DNA from: Acidobacteriota bacterium
Lineage (GTDB): Bacteria > Acidobacteriota > Vicinamibacteria > Marinacidobacterales > SMYC01
Assembly: GCA_004356105.1 (NCBI GenBank)
Contig: SMYC01000045.1
Span: 172-64,171, forward strand
Reading direction: 5' to 3'
DNA length: 64,000 nucleotides
Shown: piece after piece, positions 50,350 to 60,514 of the stretch
Layout: the number at the start of each line of letters is the position of its first letter
Numbering within the stretch: position 1 is the stretch's first letter
The notes under the pieces: model-generated
Told to the model about the DNA's origin: nothing
Databases searched by the model: none
Seen by the model: the letters and a program-made list of their open reading frames with translations, nothing else
Made by a program: the position numbers and the translations under genes

Positions 50350-52302
50350 ATGAAGCCGTCGCCCGCATCAGGAACGCTGCCTGTAAGCGGTAGACCTCCA
50401 TCCACCGGAGGTTGGGCCGTCGCCGCCGTGATTGCTGCGGTCGCTGCGCTGCTTTATTTGCCGACGGTGGCGTTCGATTTCACCCTCGACGATGTTCACG
50501 TGGTCAAGGAGAACCCAGTGTTGCAGCGGGCGTGGTGGTGGGACGCCATCGCCGGTTCCTATTGGCCCGATCAGCTTACGGACGGCGCCAACAACTGGCG
50601 CCCGCTCGCGACGCTCTCATGGTGCTTCGAGCGCTGGGCGGCAGGCGGGAGCGAGCCGTTGGCGCTGCGGTGGCACCATGCAAGCAACGTCGTCCTGCAT
50701 GGCTTGGCGGTGTTGGCGCTGTTTCCTATCGCCCGACGATTTTGCGGCTCGGTTCAGGCCGCTTGGGTGGCGTGCGCGCTCTTTGCCATGCACCCGGCAC
50801 ACACCGAGGTCGTACCGCCGCTCGTGGGCCGCACCGATCTGATCGCCGCGCTGGGCGGGTTTTGGATGTGCGCGGCTTTCTGGCGCTTCCGCGATACAGG
50901 AGGCCGGCACTGGCTCGCCCTGTCCGCGCTCGCCTACGCAGTTGGGTTGGGAGGCAAAGAGTCCGCCGCACCCCTCGTGCTGCTGTTGCCGCTCGCCGAT
51001 CTCTTGTGGCACGGCCGCTCTTGGCGCGAGTTGCTCGGGCGGGCGGGGCTCGCCTATCTTCCTCTGCTGGCGGTTGCCGTGCTATATGCCTTCGCCCGCA
51101 TCTCGGTGCTCGGGGAACATACGATTGTGCATGCCCACGCAGCACCGCTCGCGATGATCGACCGGCTATCTTTTGCCGGCCGCAACACGTGGGTGTCAGC
51201 TTGGCTGCTCGCCCTACCTGTACGCTTTCACCACCTCCTCACGACAGTGCCATCGAATGCGCCCTTCACCTTTCCGCAACCGGTCGGGCTGATGCGGGGC
51301 CTGTGGCCGCTTTTGGCTCTTCCCCTTTGGCTGGGGTGGGTTCCGCTTCTCCAGCGCGTGCCGACGGCGGCGCTGCTCTGGGTCGCCGTACTTCTGCCTT
51401 GGCTTCCGACCTCGGGACTGCTCCCTGTTGCGGGCGGCGTCTCGCTCCGGTTCCTCTTCATCTCGACAGGTTTTGCCGCGTGTGCGGCCGTTGTTGGAGC
51501 GCAATTTGTCGTGAGGCGTCACTCGAGCTACCTCCCTGCGCTGCGGGTGTCGGCCCTGATTTGGAGCGTCGTGGCATTGGGGATAACGTGGCGCCAAATT
51601 CCTAACTGGCGCGACAACCGTACCTTTTTTCGCGCTGTCCTCTCGGAGGAACCGCGCTGCTACACTGCGAATTACGCGCTGGGCACGTCCTTCGCGCTCA
51701 CGGGCGATTTAGTCGAGGCGCGCAAGTGGTTTCGCCTTGCGATCGACGTCGCTTCTGACAGCCCCCAATCGTTTCGAGCGCGCGAGAACTTAGCGATGAC
51801 GTTCGAGTACGGCCCGTCCGGCCGGCGCTTTGGCCCCGATGCCCCGCTCGCTCGGGCGCTTGCGCTCTACCACGACGCGTTGCGCGTAAAGCCGGACGCA
51901 CTGATTGCCAACCTCGCCGCAGCCACAGTGTCTTCGCGGCTGGCCGAGCGAAGTGGGCTGACGGCGGTCGAGAGGCAGGCCTATCAGAGCCACGCCTTCG
52001 AGCAACTAGTGCGTACTATCGAAAGCCATCCCGACCATCCTAGCGCTTACCTTTGGCACCGTCGCGCCGCTGGAATTGCGATCGCGCTGGGCGACAACCG
52101 ACTTGCTCGGCGAGAACTGGCTGCAACGGCGGCCGGTCGCGCCGCCCGCAAACAGTGGGTGCTCGACCACGAGGGTCGCCTGGAGTGGTCACGCGAGACG
52201 CAGCGTGCCATTGGCGAGTTGGAAGAGGCCCTGTGGTTGATGCCACCTCCGGACGAAGAAGCTACACTGCGCGCTGCACTAGAAGTGTGGCGAGAGCGAT
52301 AG
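50350..52302 (+). CDS. TMTC-like membrane glycosyltransferase (GT-C) with TPR tail
   Basis: FTLDD...ENP, WRPLATLS, FAMHPAHTEVV...GRTDL, GGKESA, LRFLF, WRDNRTFF, followed by TPRs. Confidence 0.85.
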   Translation: MKPSPASGTLPVSGRPPSTGGWAVAAVIAAVAALLYLPTVAFDFTLDDVHVVKENPVLQRAWWWDAIAGSYWPDQLTDGANNWRPLATLSWCFERWAAGGSEPLALRWHHASNVVLHGLAVLALFPIARRFCGSVQAAWVACALFAMHPAHTEVVPPLVGRTDLIAALGGFWMCAAFWRFRDTGGRHWLALSALAYAVGLGGKESAAPLVLLLPLADLLWHGRSWRELLGRAGLAYLPLLAVAVLYAFARISVLGEHTIVHAHAAPLAMIDRLSFAGRNTWVSAWLLALPVRFHHLLTTVPSNAPFTFPQPVGLMRGLWPLLALPLWLGWVPLLQRVPTAALLWVAVLLPWLPTSGLLPVAGGVSLRFLFISTGFAACAAVVGAQFVVRRHSSYLPALRVSALIWSVVALGITWRQIPNWRDNRTFFRAVLSEEPRCYTANYALGTSFALTGDLVEARKWFRLAIDVASDSPQSFRARENLAMTFEYGPSGRRFGPDAPLARALALYHDALRVKPDALIANLAAATVSSRLAERSGLTAVERQAYQSHAFEQLVRTIESHPDHPSAYLWHRRAAGIAIALGDNRLARRELAATAAGRAARKQWVLDHEGRLEWSRETQRAIGELEEALWLMPPPDEEATLRAALEVWRER

Positions 52303-52363
52303 TCTCGTTCCGATGTGAGCGGCTGATAGAAGAGCGGAAGTCTTCGATAATTCGATAAATGAT

Positions 52364-53092
52364 GTGATGAAATCGACAACCGGTATGGAACGGCTGGCGC
52401 GCGATCTGGGGGAGCTCGGTATCACTTCCGGCGGCACACTCATGGTTCATTCCTCTTTGAGCGCGATCGGATGGGTCGAGGGCGGCGCGTCCGCGGTGGT
52501 GCGCGCGCTCATCGAGGCGCTCGGCGAGGACGGCACGCTCGCCATGCCGGCAGCCACTCCCCAATGCGCCGTGCCGGAACCTCAAACCGTGTTCCAAGCG
52601 GAGACGACGCCGACGAAGATGGGCGCGATCCCGGAGGCGTTTCGCATATGGCCAGGAACGCTTCGCAGCAGCCATCCCCTCGATTCCGTGTGCGCGCGCG
52701 GTCCGTTGGCCGCGGAGGTCACATCCGTGCATCCGCTGGCTTTCTCCGAAGGTCCAGGCACGCCGTTCGGACGCATTCACGATCGCGAAGGCACCATCCT
52801 GCTTCTCGGGGTGGGATTCAATCGCTGCACCGCGCTTCACTACGCGGAGACCCTGTCGGAGAAACGCAGAACCGCCACGACACGCTTTCCTAGGATCGAG
52901 AATGGGGAAACAGAGTGGGTCGAAGTGCTCAACGTCGCCGACGACAACGACCGGCACTTCCCGATCATCGGCGAGCGCTACGTCGCGGCGGGAAGAGCTG
53001 TTCGCGGCAAAGTCGGCGAGGCGCCGTGCTCGCTCTTCCCAATGCGGGACCTGGCGGATTTCGCCGTCGACTATTTCGAATCGACTTTCTAG
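52364..53092 (+). CDS. AAC(3)/YokD-family N-acetyltransferase
   Basis: LMVHSSLSAIGWVEGG, MGAIPEAFR, RSSHP, LLLGVGFNRCTALHYAE. Confidence 0.9.
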   Translation: MMKSTTGMERLARDLGELGITSGGTLMVHSSLSAIGWVEGGASAVVRALIEALGEDGTLAMPAATPQCAVPEPQTVFQAETTPTKMGAIPEAFRIWPGTLRSSHPLDSVCARGPLAAEVTSVHPLAFSEGPGTPFGRIHDREGTILLLGVGFNRCTALHYAETLSEKRRTATTRFPRIENGETEWVEVLNVADDNDRHFPIIGERYVAAGRAVRGKVGEAPCSLFPMRDLADFAVDYFESTF

Positions 53093-53427
53093 AGGTGCTG
53101 GCTTTCACCAATGGATAGTCGGCTCCGCCGCGCGTCAGCCGGGGATGCCTCCCGCGTCCTTCAGCTGATGCGCACCTATGATGACGAGGCGCATCGTCCA
53201 ACGCGTCGCGCCTTGAGATAGACGTCCTCTTGGCCGCGTAGTAGGATCGCGCCCTTCCGGGAGGAGCCGATATCCCGTATATCCCGCTTCATCTGCGGTA
53301 AGAAGCTCATCCATGTCGGCTCGGACGGCTTTCAAAAAAGGACTCATCGAGCAAGGCCTCGCGAAACGCACACTTCGCGCGAGGCGGGACATTGGAAAAA
53401 CTGTGTGAGAAACAAAGTGGAGACCCT

Positions 53428-54426
53428 ATGAGCACGATCAACATCGGACCGATACGTTGTGAGACCGGGACGAAAGTCTCCGGAATGGTTCCCGCTGTGT
53501 CGCGCGTCGACGGCAGTAATCTCGGCTTTCCCGTGATCGTCGTCAACGGCGCGAAAGACGGCCCCGTCCTTCTCGTGGATGGCGGTATTCATGGTGATGA
53601 GCAAGAGGGAACGCTCGCCATCATCGAAGTCGCAAAGAAGCTCGACCCGAAGAATCTTCGCGGCACGTTCATCGGTGTCCCTGTCATGAATGTCGGTGCT
53701 TTCGAAGCGATGTCACGCGGCAACCCGCGCGACGCGCACACCTTCGACATGAACCGGATCTATCCGGGAAAGCCCGCGGGTTATCTCACGGACCGCATCG
53801 CACAGGTTCACAACGAAGAAGTCGGCAAGCTCGCCGATATGGAGATGACGATCCACTCGGGCGGCAATATCTGCTATCTCGGTGAGACAATCTTCACGAA
53901 GTCCGGTGACGACAAGAGCTTCGAGTTCGCGCGCGCGATGGGCGAGGGATGGGAGATCATTCTCGACACGCCGCACCCGGTGGGATCCCCCATGGCAGCA
54001 ATGGTCGATCGCGGCAAGCTCGCCATCACCGTCGAGCTCGGCGGAAGCGCTACACTCATGCCCGATGCGCTGAAGTATAACGTCGACGTGCTCGAGCGCG
54101 CGGTCCTGAACGTCTGTCGCCACTACGACATGATCGACGGGGACGCGACCTATGCCGACACCGCATGGCGCGGCAGCCAGATTGCGGTCATGGCGTCGAA
54201 GAGCGGCATCTTGCTTCCCAACCCGGACCTCCCTCGCAACAAGCTCAAGAAACCCATCACTGAAGGCGAAGTGCTCTTGACGCTCGCGGATTTTTTTGGC
54301 GAGACGGTCGAAGAGCTCAAAGCGCCTTGCACCGGTGTATTGTTCGGCTTCCGGACCTATCCGAGCACAACGGCGGGAGACTGGACGCTTTTTTGCGGCA
54401 GGGCGGAACGAAAGTCGATGGTTTGA
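53428..54426 (+). CDS. Succinylglutamate desuccinylase/aspartoacylase (M14) family hydrolase
   Basis: GGIHGDEQEG, DMNRIYPG, TIHSGG, ITVELG. Confidence 0.9.
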   Translation: MSTINIGPIRCETGTKVSGMVPAVSRVDGSNLGFPVIVVNGAKDGPVLLVDGGIHGDEQEGTLAIIEVAKKLDPKNLRGTFIGVPVMNVGAFEAMSRGNPRDAHTFDMNRIYPGKPAGYLTDRIAQVHNEEVGKLADMEMTIHSGGNICYLGETIFTKSGDDKSFEFARAMGEGWEIILDTPHPVGSPMAAMVDRGKLAITVELGGSATLMPDALKYNVDVLERAVLNVCRHYDMIDGDATYADTAWRGSQIAVMASKSGILLPNPDLPRNKLKKPITEGEVLLTLADFFGETVEELKAPCTGVLFGFRTYPSTTAGDWTLFCGRAERKSMV

Positions 54427-54429
54427 CGA

Positions 54430-55551
54430 ATGATCACCGAGCCCACCGCGCTTCTCGCCTTCATGTTCCTCGTGGTGGCGTTCGCGCGTTTTCTCGAAGG
54501 CCGTTTCCCGATCGTCCAAAAGGTTAGCTCTGCCGTTATCTGCACCCTTCTCGGCATCTTGCTCGCGAATATCGGTGTCATCCCGCACGAGTCCGCCGTC
54601 CTTGCGGCTGTGGGGGAATACGCGGTTCCGTACGCGATCGTGCTCGTCATTCTCTCGTCGCGCTTGAAGGATTTGCGAAAGGCGGGAAAGCCGCTCGTCA
54701 TCGCTTTTGTGCTCGCGGGTGCCGGCACCTTCGTGGGCGCCCTCGTCGCGAGCCTCCTCTTCGCCTCGAGTCTCGGGCCCGAGACTTGGAAGCTCGCGGG
54801 GACGTTTGCCGGGGCTTTTTGGGGCGGCGGAATGAATTTCGCCGCCGTGGGGAGAGGGCTCGACATGAGTGAGAGCCTCTTTGCCGCTGCCTTCGTTGCG
54901 GACAACCTCTCCACCGTGCCGTGGATGCTTGCGCAGGTCGGTCTCTTTTCGCTCCTCGCCGCCTATTATCGAAGCGGGAGCCACGTGGGGGGCTCGGAGG
55001 CGAAGAGCGAAGACCAACGCAAGGCGTGGTCCGAGACCACGGTCAGCATCACCGATCTCGCGTGGCTTGCCGCGCTTCCGCTTGCTTTTATGTGGATCGC
55101 AGAGCGCGTCGGTGCGAGCGGTCCCGGCCAAGTTCTCTGTTTGACGACGCTCGCACTCGTAGCCGCGCAGCTTCCCATCGTTCATCGCCTTCGGGGCGCG
55201 GCGGTCCTCTCCTATTTCGCACTACATCTCTTTTTCATCGTCATCGGCGCGGTGTCCGATGTCCGGGAAGTGGCTAATGCGGGGCCGGTGCTCTTTGTCT
55301 ACATGCTCTCCATCATCGCGATCCATGCGCTCGTCGTCTACGGCATTGGCTATCTCGCACGGCTCGACTTGCCGACGCTGACGATTGCGAGCCAAGCGGC
55401 CATCGGCGGACCGGGCTCCGCGCTCGCGCTCGGCATGGCCATGAAATGGAACGAGCTCGTCACGCCCGGGATCATCGTCGGTATCTTCGGCTACGGGGTT
55501 GGAAATTATCTCGGTTTCGCGACCGCCTATCTTCTACGGCAGCTGCTCTAG
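54430..55551 (+). CDS. DUF819-family polytopic membrane protein
   Basis: About 10 TM segments; FWGGGMNFAAV, IASQAAIGGPGSA, PGIIVGIFGYGVGNYLG. Confidence 0.85.
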   Translation: MITEPTALLAFMFLVVAFARFLEGRFPIVQKVSSAVICTLLGILLANIGVIPHESAVLAAVGEYAVPYAIVLVILSSRLKDLRKAGKPLVIAFVLAGAGTFVGALVASLLFASSLGPETWKLAGTFAGAFWGGGMNFAAVGRGLDMSESLFAAAFVADNLSTVPWMLAQVGLFSLLAAYYRSGSHVGGSEAKSEDQRKAWSETTVSITDLAWLAALPLAFMWIAERVGASGPGQVLCLTTLALVAAQLPIVHRLRGAAVLSYFALHLFFIVIGAVSDVREVANAGPVLFVYMLSIIAIHALVVYGIGYLARLDLPTLTIASQAAIGGPGSALALGMAMKWNELVTPGIIVGIFGYGVGNYLGFATAYLLRQLL

Positions 55552-56276
55552 TGGGGCGGCTCGGGGGAATGACGGCGGTCGTCACAGGGGCGGCCCGCGG
55601 GCTCGGCCGCGCGGTGGCACGTAGTTACGCCCGTGAGGGCGCCACGCTTTTTCTCTGCGACCGCATCCCCATCGAGGACCCGGCGCTCGAGGTCGCGAGG
55701 CAGTTCGACGTCGACCTGGGAGAGCGGGAAGCCTGCGCTCGTTTCGTGAACGACGTGCTTGCCGAGGCGGGCACGATCGACGTCCTTGTCAACAATGCCG
55801 CGATCCTGAAGATGAGCTCCTATGACGAGGTGACCGACGCGGTGTGGGACGAGACGATCGCGACCAACCTCACGGCGCCGTTTCTTCTGTGCCGCGGGTT
55901 CTTGCCGGCGATGCTCGAGGCGGGCGGCTCTATTATTAATGTATCGTCGCGCGCTGGCGTTCTCGGATTCGAGAAGGAAACCGCTTACTGCGCTTCGAAG
56001 TTCGGTATCGAAGGGTTGACGCGGGCGATCGCGGCGGATCTCAAAGGAACGCAGGTGAGCATCAACTCGATCACGCCAGGTGTTCGCATCAAGCCGACGA
56101 TGATGACCGACGATGAAGAGTCGGCGGTGCCGCTCGGCGCGCGGGTGTGGCAAGACGCGGACGCGATCGCGAACGCCTTCGTCTTGCTAGCCCTCGCCCG
56201 GGGCAACCCGACGGGAAAGCGCTTCGAGGCGGACAAGCTGAGCGAGGAGTGGGAACGTCAAGGATGGATAACATGA
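55551..56276 (+). CDS. Short-chain dehydrogenase/reductase
   Basis: VVTGAARGLG, LVNNAA, INVSS, YCASK. Confidence 0.92.
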   Translation: MGRLGGMTAVVTGAARGLGRAVARSYAREGATLFLCDRIPIEDPALEVARQFDVDLGEREACARFVNDVLAEAGTIDVLVNNAAILKMSSYDEVTDAVWDETIATNLTAPFLLCRGFLPAMLEAGGSIINVSSRAGVLGFEKETAYCASKFGIEGLTRAIAADLKGTQVSINSITPGVRIKPTMMTDDEESAVPLGARVWQDADAIANAFVLLALARGNPTGKRFEADKLSEEWERQGWIT

Positions 56277-56725
56277 GTGATGCCATGAAACAGGCACTCG
56301 CATCGCGCGTCGAGGAGCTCCCGGAAACCGCGGGGCCTCTCGCCGTCGACGCCGTGCCCCTCGATATTCTCGAAGGTGTGCGAGACGCTCTTTTGTCGGG
56401 TGAGACCCACTACACGGACCGTCCGGGCATGCGCGAGCTGCGAGAAAAAGTCGCGGCCACCCTCGGCCGCAGCGCGGATGAGATCATTATCACGACAGGC
56501 GATCGCGAAGCCCGCTTCGTCACTCGGCTCGCTTTCGGCGAAACGCCGCCCGACAATGCCATCGTCATCGGAAACTGGGACGACGTTCCCGGCCTCGCAA
56601 GCTTTCGCGTGGGTTACCTGGCCGCCCCGAAAGAAAAAGCGGCGAAGCTACGCTCTTGGAAACAGGCGCTCTCGATTTGCACGGCGGCGCCTTCGCAGCG
56701 CGCAGTCCTGGTGGCGCTCAAATGA
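56273..56725 (+). CDS. Short degenerate class I/II aminotransferase-like protein
   Basis: GETHYTDRPGMRELREKVA...EIIITTG and FRVGYL...APSQRA retained; central domain and PLP lysine absent; ATGA-coupled to the SDR. Confidence 0.6.
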   Translation: MSDAMKQALASRVEELPETAGPLAVDAVPLDILEGVRDALLSGETHYTDRPGMRELREKVAATLGRSADEIIITTGDREARFVTRLAFGETPPDNAIVIGNWDDVPGLASFRVGYLAAPKEKAAKLRSWKQALSICTAAPSQRAVLVALK

Positions 56726-56735
56726 GACCACAAAT

Positions 56736-57854
56736 ATGAAGCCGGATGAAAAACGCTATACGTTGATGGAGCTTGCCGCGACGCTCGACGGCGTGATCTC
56801 CCTCGGCCGTGGCGATCCGGATCTCGACACGCCGCCTCACATCATTCACGAAGCTCACCTGCGGATGGCGACGCCGCCAGCCGAGCTCGAAGTGCAAGGA
56901 CTCGGTGAGCTCCGGGCCGCCATCGCGAAGCGTTACGCGAGCGAGAAATCTCTCGACTTTGATCCCGATAGCGAGATCCTAGTGACCAATGGCGCGCAAG
57001 AAGGATTGTTTCTTGCCGTCCTTGCGCTCTTGAACCCCGGCGAGCGCATTCTCGTCCCCGACCCGCGATACGGGTCTTATGACCAGGCCATCGCCACCGC
57101 GGGCGGAGAGATCGTCTCGCTCCCCACGGGCGACGGCTACGATTTCGGTCTGACAGCGGAAGCTGTCGAGAATGCCGACGGGAAGCTCTTGCTGCTCGTC
57201 AACCCGTCCAACCCAACCGGTGCTTTGACACCGGCCGCGCGGGTGCGTGAGATCTCGGCGGTCGCGAGGGATAAAGGCCTCATCGTGCTCTCGGACGAAG
57301 TCTACGAGAAGCTCACTTTCGACGAGGAAGTGCTATCGGTAGCGACCTGTGACGGCATGCGCGAGCGCACGGTGACGTTGTCGAGCATTTCGAAGACCTA
57401 TGCGATGACGGGATTTCGCGTCGGCTACGTTATCGGCCCGCGACCATTCATCGAGGCCGCGACACGGCTAAAATCCGACATTTCAGGACCGACGGCGCTC
57501 TTCTCCCAATATGCGGCGCTCGCCGCCATCGACGGCCCCCAAGAATCGGTCGAAGCCTTCCGACAGGTTTATGCGGGAAGGCTCGGCGTCATGTCGAAGG
57601 GCCTCGACGCGTTGAACATCCCTTACGGCAAACCGGGCGGCGGCTTCTTCCTTTGGGCCGACGTAGCGCGCTTCGGCGTGGACGCCGAGACGTTTTGTCG
57701 TCGCCTCCTAACGGAAGGGCGCGTTCTCATGTTCCCGGGAACGGCGTTTGGCGCAAGATGGAAACACTTCGTCCGGATCTCGCTGCTTCAGCCCGAGGAC
57801 CGGATCGCGGAAGCGCTCGGCAGGCTCGAAGCGTTCGTCGAGAGCCTCTCGTGA
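56736..57854 (+). CDS. PLP-dependent class I/II aminotransferase
   Basis: SLGRGDPD, VTNGAQEG, NPSNPTG, SDEVY, SISKTYAMTGFRVGY. Confidence 0.95.
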   Translation: MKPDEKRYTLMELAATLDGVISLGRGDPDLDTPPHIIHEAHLRMATPPAELEVQGLGELRAAIAKRYASEKSLDFDPDSEILVTNGAQEGLFLAVLALLNPGERILVPDPRYGSYDQAIATAGGEIVSLPTGDGYDFGLTAEAVENADGKLLLLVNPSNPTGALTPAARVREISAVARDKGLIVLSDEVYEKLTFDEEVLSVATCDGMRERTVTLSSISKTYAMTGFRVGYVIGPRPFIEAATRLKSDISGPTALFSQYAALAAIDGPQESVEAFRQVYAGRLGVMSKGLDALNIPYGKPGGGFFLWADVARFGVDAETFCRRLLTEGRVLMFPGTAFGARWKHFVRISLLQPEDRIAEALGRLEAFVESLS

Positions 57855-59749
57855 CGAGGAAGGCGCGCAAGAAAAAGAGTCTCGACGGCGACGTCGAGAA
57901 AGGGCGGGTGCGGGTTCACGACGCCTTCGAGCTCATCCGCTGGCTCGCGTTGAGTCAGCCCGACCCACGCAAGGCTTTGGCCGAGCTCGTCCAGAATAGC
58001 CTCGATGCTGGCGCTGGACACATCCGCATTACCCGCCTACGCGAGAAGAAAGTACCTTGCCTAAAGATCTTCGACGACGGCGAAGGTGTCATCCCGGAGC
58101 TCCCGCGAAAGGAAGCGCTGCGCTACATCGCCACCCATATCGGCCATAGTCGCAAACGCGAACTGTCGCCGCGGCAGCGATACGAGCTCATGACGCAGGG
58201 CCAATACGGCATCGGGCTTCTCGGATTCTGGAGTCTTGGCGAGACGCTCGAGATCCGCTCGCACGTTCCCGGGCAAGAGCCGCATCGCCTCGTGTTTCAC
58301 CGCGACCGGCCCCAGTTCGAGATCGGACCTCTGCGGGGTCGCCTCGATTTCGACGAGCGTTTCACGGAAGTGGTCGTCGTGAACCTTACCAAGGAAGCTT
58401 CCGCTGCCGTGGCCGCGCGTCGCGCCGCTGACTATCTAGCAGGAGAGCTCCGCGGCCAGCTTCTCGCGCGCAAGGTCGAAGTTGTCGTCGAAGACCGGAT
58501 GGCGCGCGGACGTTCGCCGAAATCCTTACGCGTGAGGCCGCCTCGATTTCTCGGCGAGCGGCTCGAAGGGCTCGGGCCAATGGACGTGCCCGGCTATCCT
58601 CACGCGCCCCTTCGGTTCGAGATCTACCTCGCTGGCAAAGACGGCGAAGACGTGCACCACGCGCCACTCGCGCTCTATTCGGCCGGGACGATGGTCGCCG
58701 AAAGCTTCGCCGAGCTCGCGGCGCTCGAGCTCGACCACGCGCCGTGGACGGATTCGAGCTTGACGGGGCTCGTGGATTTCTCGGAGCTTCGCGTCGCGCC
58801 CGGTAGCCGACGCGGCGTCATCCCCGACGAAGTCGCCCACGCCTTCGCCACTGCGCTCGCCGAAATCGAGCCGGTCTTGTCGAGCCTCGTCGAGACTAAA
58901 GAGCGCGAGCGCGCCGAGCAGCTCGACAAAACCGTGATCCGCGATCTGCGGCGTGCGTTTCGTGACTTTTACAAGACGCGGCCGAGCTACAGCATGCTCC
59001 CCACGGAGACGAAAGGAGAAGGCGCGCCACAAGAGGGGGCTCCGGGCCTGCCAGTTCAGGACGGCGAGCTCGCGGACGCACCTTTCACCGAAGAGGAGAG
59101 AACATCGGCGCCGGCGCTTTTTCCGCCTGGTCCTCTCGCGTCGGTAGCCGTATCGCCACGGCGCCTCGTCATCGCCATCAATGAAGAGGCGACCGTGCGT
59201 GCCAAAGCACTCGATGCGGACGGAAAGACGATTCCCGACGGCATCGAGCTCACGTGGGAGCTGTGGGGCCAGGTGGGTAATCTTCGTGAGCTGGATGACG
59301 TTCCGAGACGTGCCGTCCTCGTCGCGGGCGAATCGGTCAGCGAAGGTATCCTCTCGGTGCACGCCAAGCAGGCGAGCACGGAGAGCGAAGCCTCGGCCGC
59401 TGTACCTGTCGAAATCGTCACGGAGGTTGCGACGAGCTCGGACGAGGGCATTCCGGAGCCCGAGCTCGTCGATCAAGCCGGCGCCAAGTGGCGCTCACGG
59501 ATTCTGGAAGGGCGCTGGCAAGTCAATACGGGCCATCCGGACTACCGCGCGAACTCGACCCGGCCAGCGCTGAAGCTCCGCTATCTAGCGATGCTGTTCG
59601 CGAAAGAGATCGTCCTGCGCTCGACTCAAGACCCGAGGCTCGCGGAGCCGCTCGAGCAGATGGTCGAAGTGGCCGCTTACGCGGACCGCCAGCTCACAGA
59701 AAAGCCGCCCCGTGGGCCCCGTAGGCAACGCAGCCGGAAGAAATCTTGA
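57851..59749 (+). CDS. GHKL (HSP90/MORC-like) ATPase with C-terminal Ig-like segment
   Basis: ALAELVQNSLDA, DDGEG, GQYGIG, FTEVVV; later SVAVSP...RAKALDADGK...LTW (Ig-like); GTGA overlap with the aminotransferase. Confidence 0.8.
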   Translation: MTRKARKKKSLDGDVEKGRVRVHDAFELIRWLALSQPDPRKALAELVQNSLDAGAGHIRITRLREKKVPCLKIFDDGEGVIPELPRKEALRYIATHIGHSRKRELSPRQRYELMTQGQYGIGLLGFWSLGETLEIRSHVPGQEPHRLVFHRDRPQFEIGPLRGRLDFDERFTEVVVVNLTKEASAAVAARRAADYLAGELRGQLLARKVEVVVEDRMARGRSPKSLRVRPPRFLGERLEGLGPMDVPGYPHAPLRFEIYLAGKDGEDVHHAPLALYSAGTMVAESFAELAALELDHAPWTDSSLTGLVDFSELRVAPGSRRGVIPDEVAHAFATALAEIEPVLSSLVETKERERAEQLDKTVIRDLRRAFRDFYKTRPSYSMLPTETKGEGAPQEGAPGLPVQDGELADAPFTEEERTSAPALFPPGPLASVAVSPRRLVIAINEEATVRAKALDADGKTIPDGIELTWELWGQVGNLRELDDVPRRAVLVAGESVSEGILSVHAKQASTESEASAAVPVEIVTEVATSSDEGIPEPELVDQAGAKWRSRILEGRWQVNTGHPDYRANSTRPALKLRYLAMLFAKEIVLRSTQDPRLAEPLEQMVEVAAYADRQLTEKPPRGPRRQRSRKKS

Positions 59750-59763
59750 GATCTCCTCTTAGT

Positions 59764-60414
59764 TCAAAGCCTTTGTAAAGACCCGTTCGAACGCAAGAGC
59801 CTCGTCACGATTGCGTTTTGCATCGATTTGCCGTGCAATCGGCGTCTTTGGGATCCTGTCGTGCACGACTTTTTTGATGTTCCGTGGCCCAGGCTCAAGG
59901 GAACTTGACAATAGGCACAGAACTTCCATTCCCTGTCGCACTCTCGGCTGCAGGAGGGGCATGTCGAATCGTTGGCGAGACCGCAGTGCGGGCAGGCGAC
60001 GAAGTCCATATGTGGCGCCGCAGCGCCCGCAAGGTACACCGTTGAAGCGGTCCGAAGAAACCACTCGGGTTACTTCTTCAATCGTCGTTTCTCCTTGGAT
60101 GAGCTTGGTGCAGGCCTCCTGCAGCAAAGTCCGCATTCCCCCGTGCTCTGCGGCCTTTCGAATCTTGTCCTCTGATACGTTCCGATAGAGCAATTCTCGT
60201 ATGGACGCTGTGATCTTTAGCTTTAGCACCTCGAACACCCCCGGCGTCCCGAGTAACCCGTTCCGCTGCATCTGCTGCAACCCGCTCCCTTGAAAAGCTG
60301 CTTGCTCGATGCGAAGACGCTCTGGATAGCTGGATCTTTGACATCATTGTCATCGAGAAGCCGTTGAATCCAAGAGGACATCGTTGACACCTGAGGCCAT
60401 AGAGGTCCCGACAT
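59764..60414 (-). pseudogene. C-terminal remnant of a PilB/GspE ATPase with double zinc ribbon
   Basis: GAGCSRCSGTGYSGR / VFEVL...GMRTLLQEA...GETTIEEVTRV / CPHCG...CPSC...WKFCAYC in three frames. Confidence 0.8.
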
Positions 60415-60514
60415 AGTGTCCGCGCCCGTCGACGCCGTCTAGTATCACGTAGTCGGAACGCTTTCCCCATCTAGCGCTCATCACCACGCAGATGCCGCGG
60501 TGGTAAGCTTGGGG

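Noticed and set aside
52364-53092. Acquired aminoglycoside resistance gene
   Set aside because: Family membership alone does not show resistance, and no mobile element is adjacent.
53135-53392. 85-aa minus-strand ORF
   Set aside because: No motifs; probably intergenic or unrecognisable debris.
53713-55185. 490-aa minus-strand ORF and similar long antisense ORFs (e.g. 24156-25187, 33171-34241, 34777-35748)
   Set aside because: They overlap well-supported genes on the opposite strand and lack recognisable motifs.
59815-59840. Sigma-54 promoter-like motif on the minus strand
   Set aside because: GG-to-GC spacing is 9 rather than 10 nt, and there is no downstream gene in that orientation.
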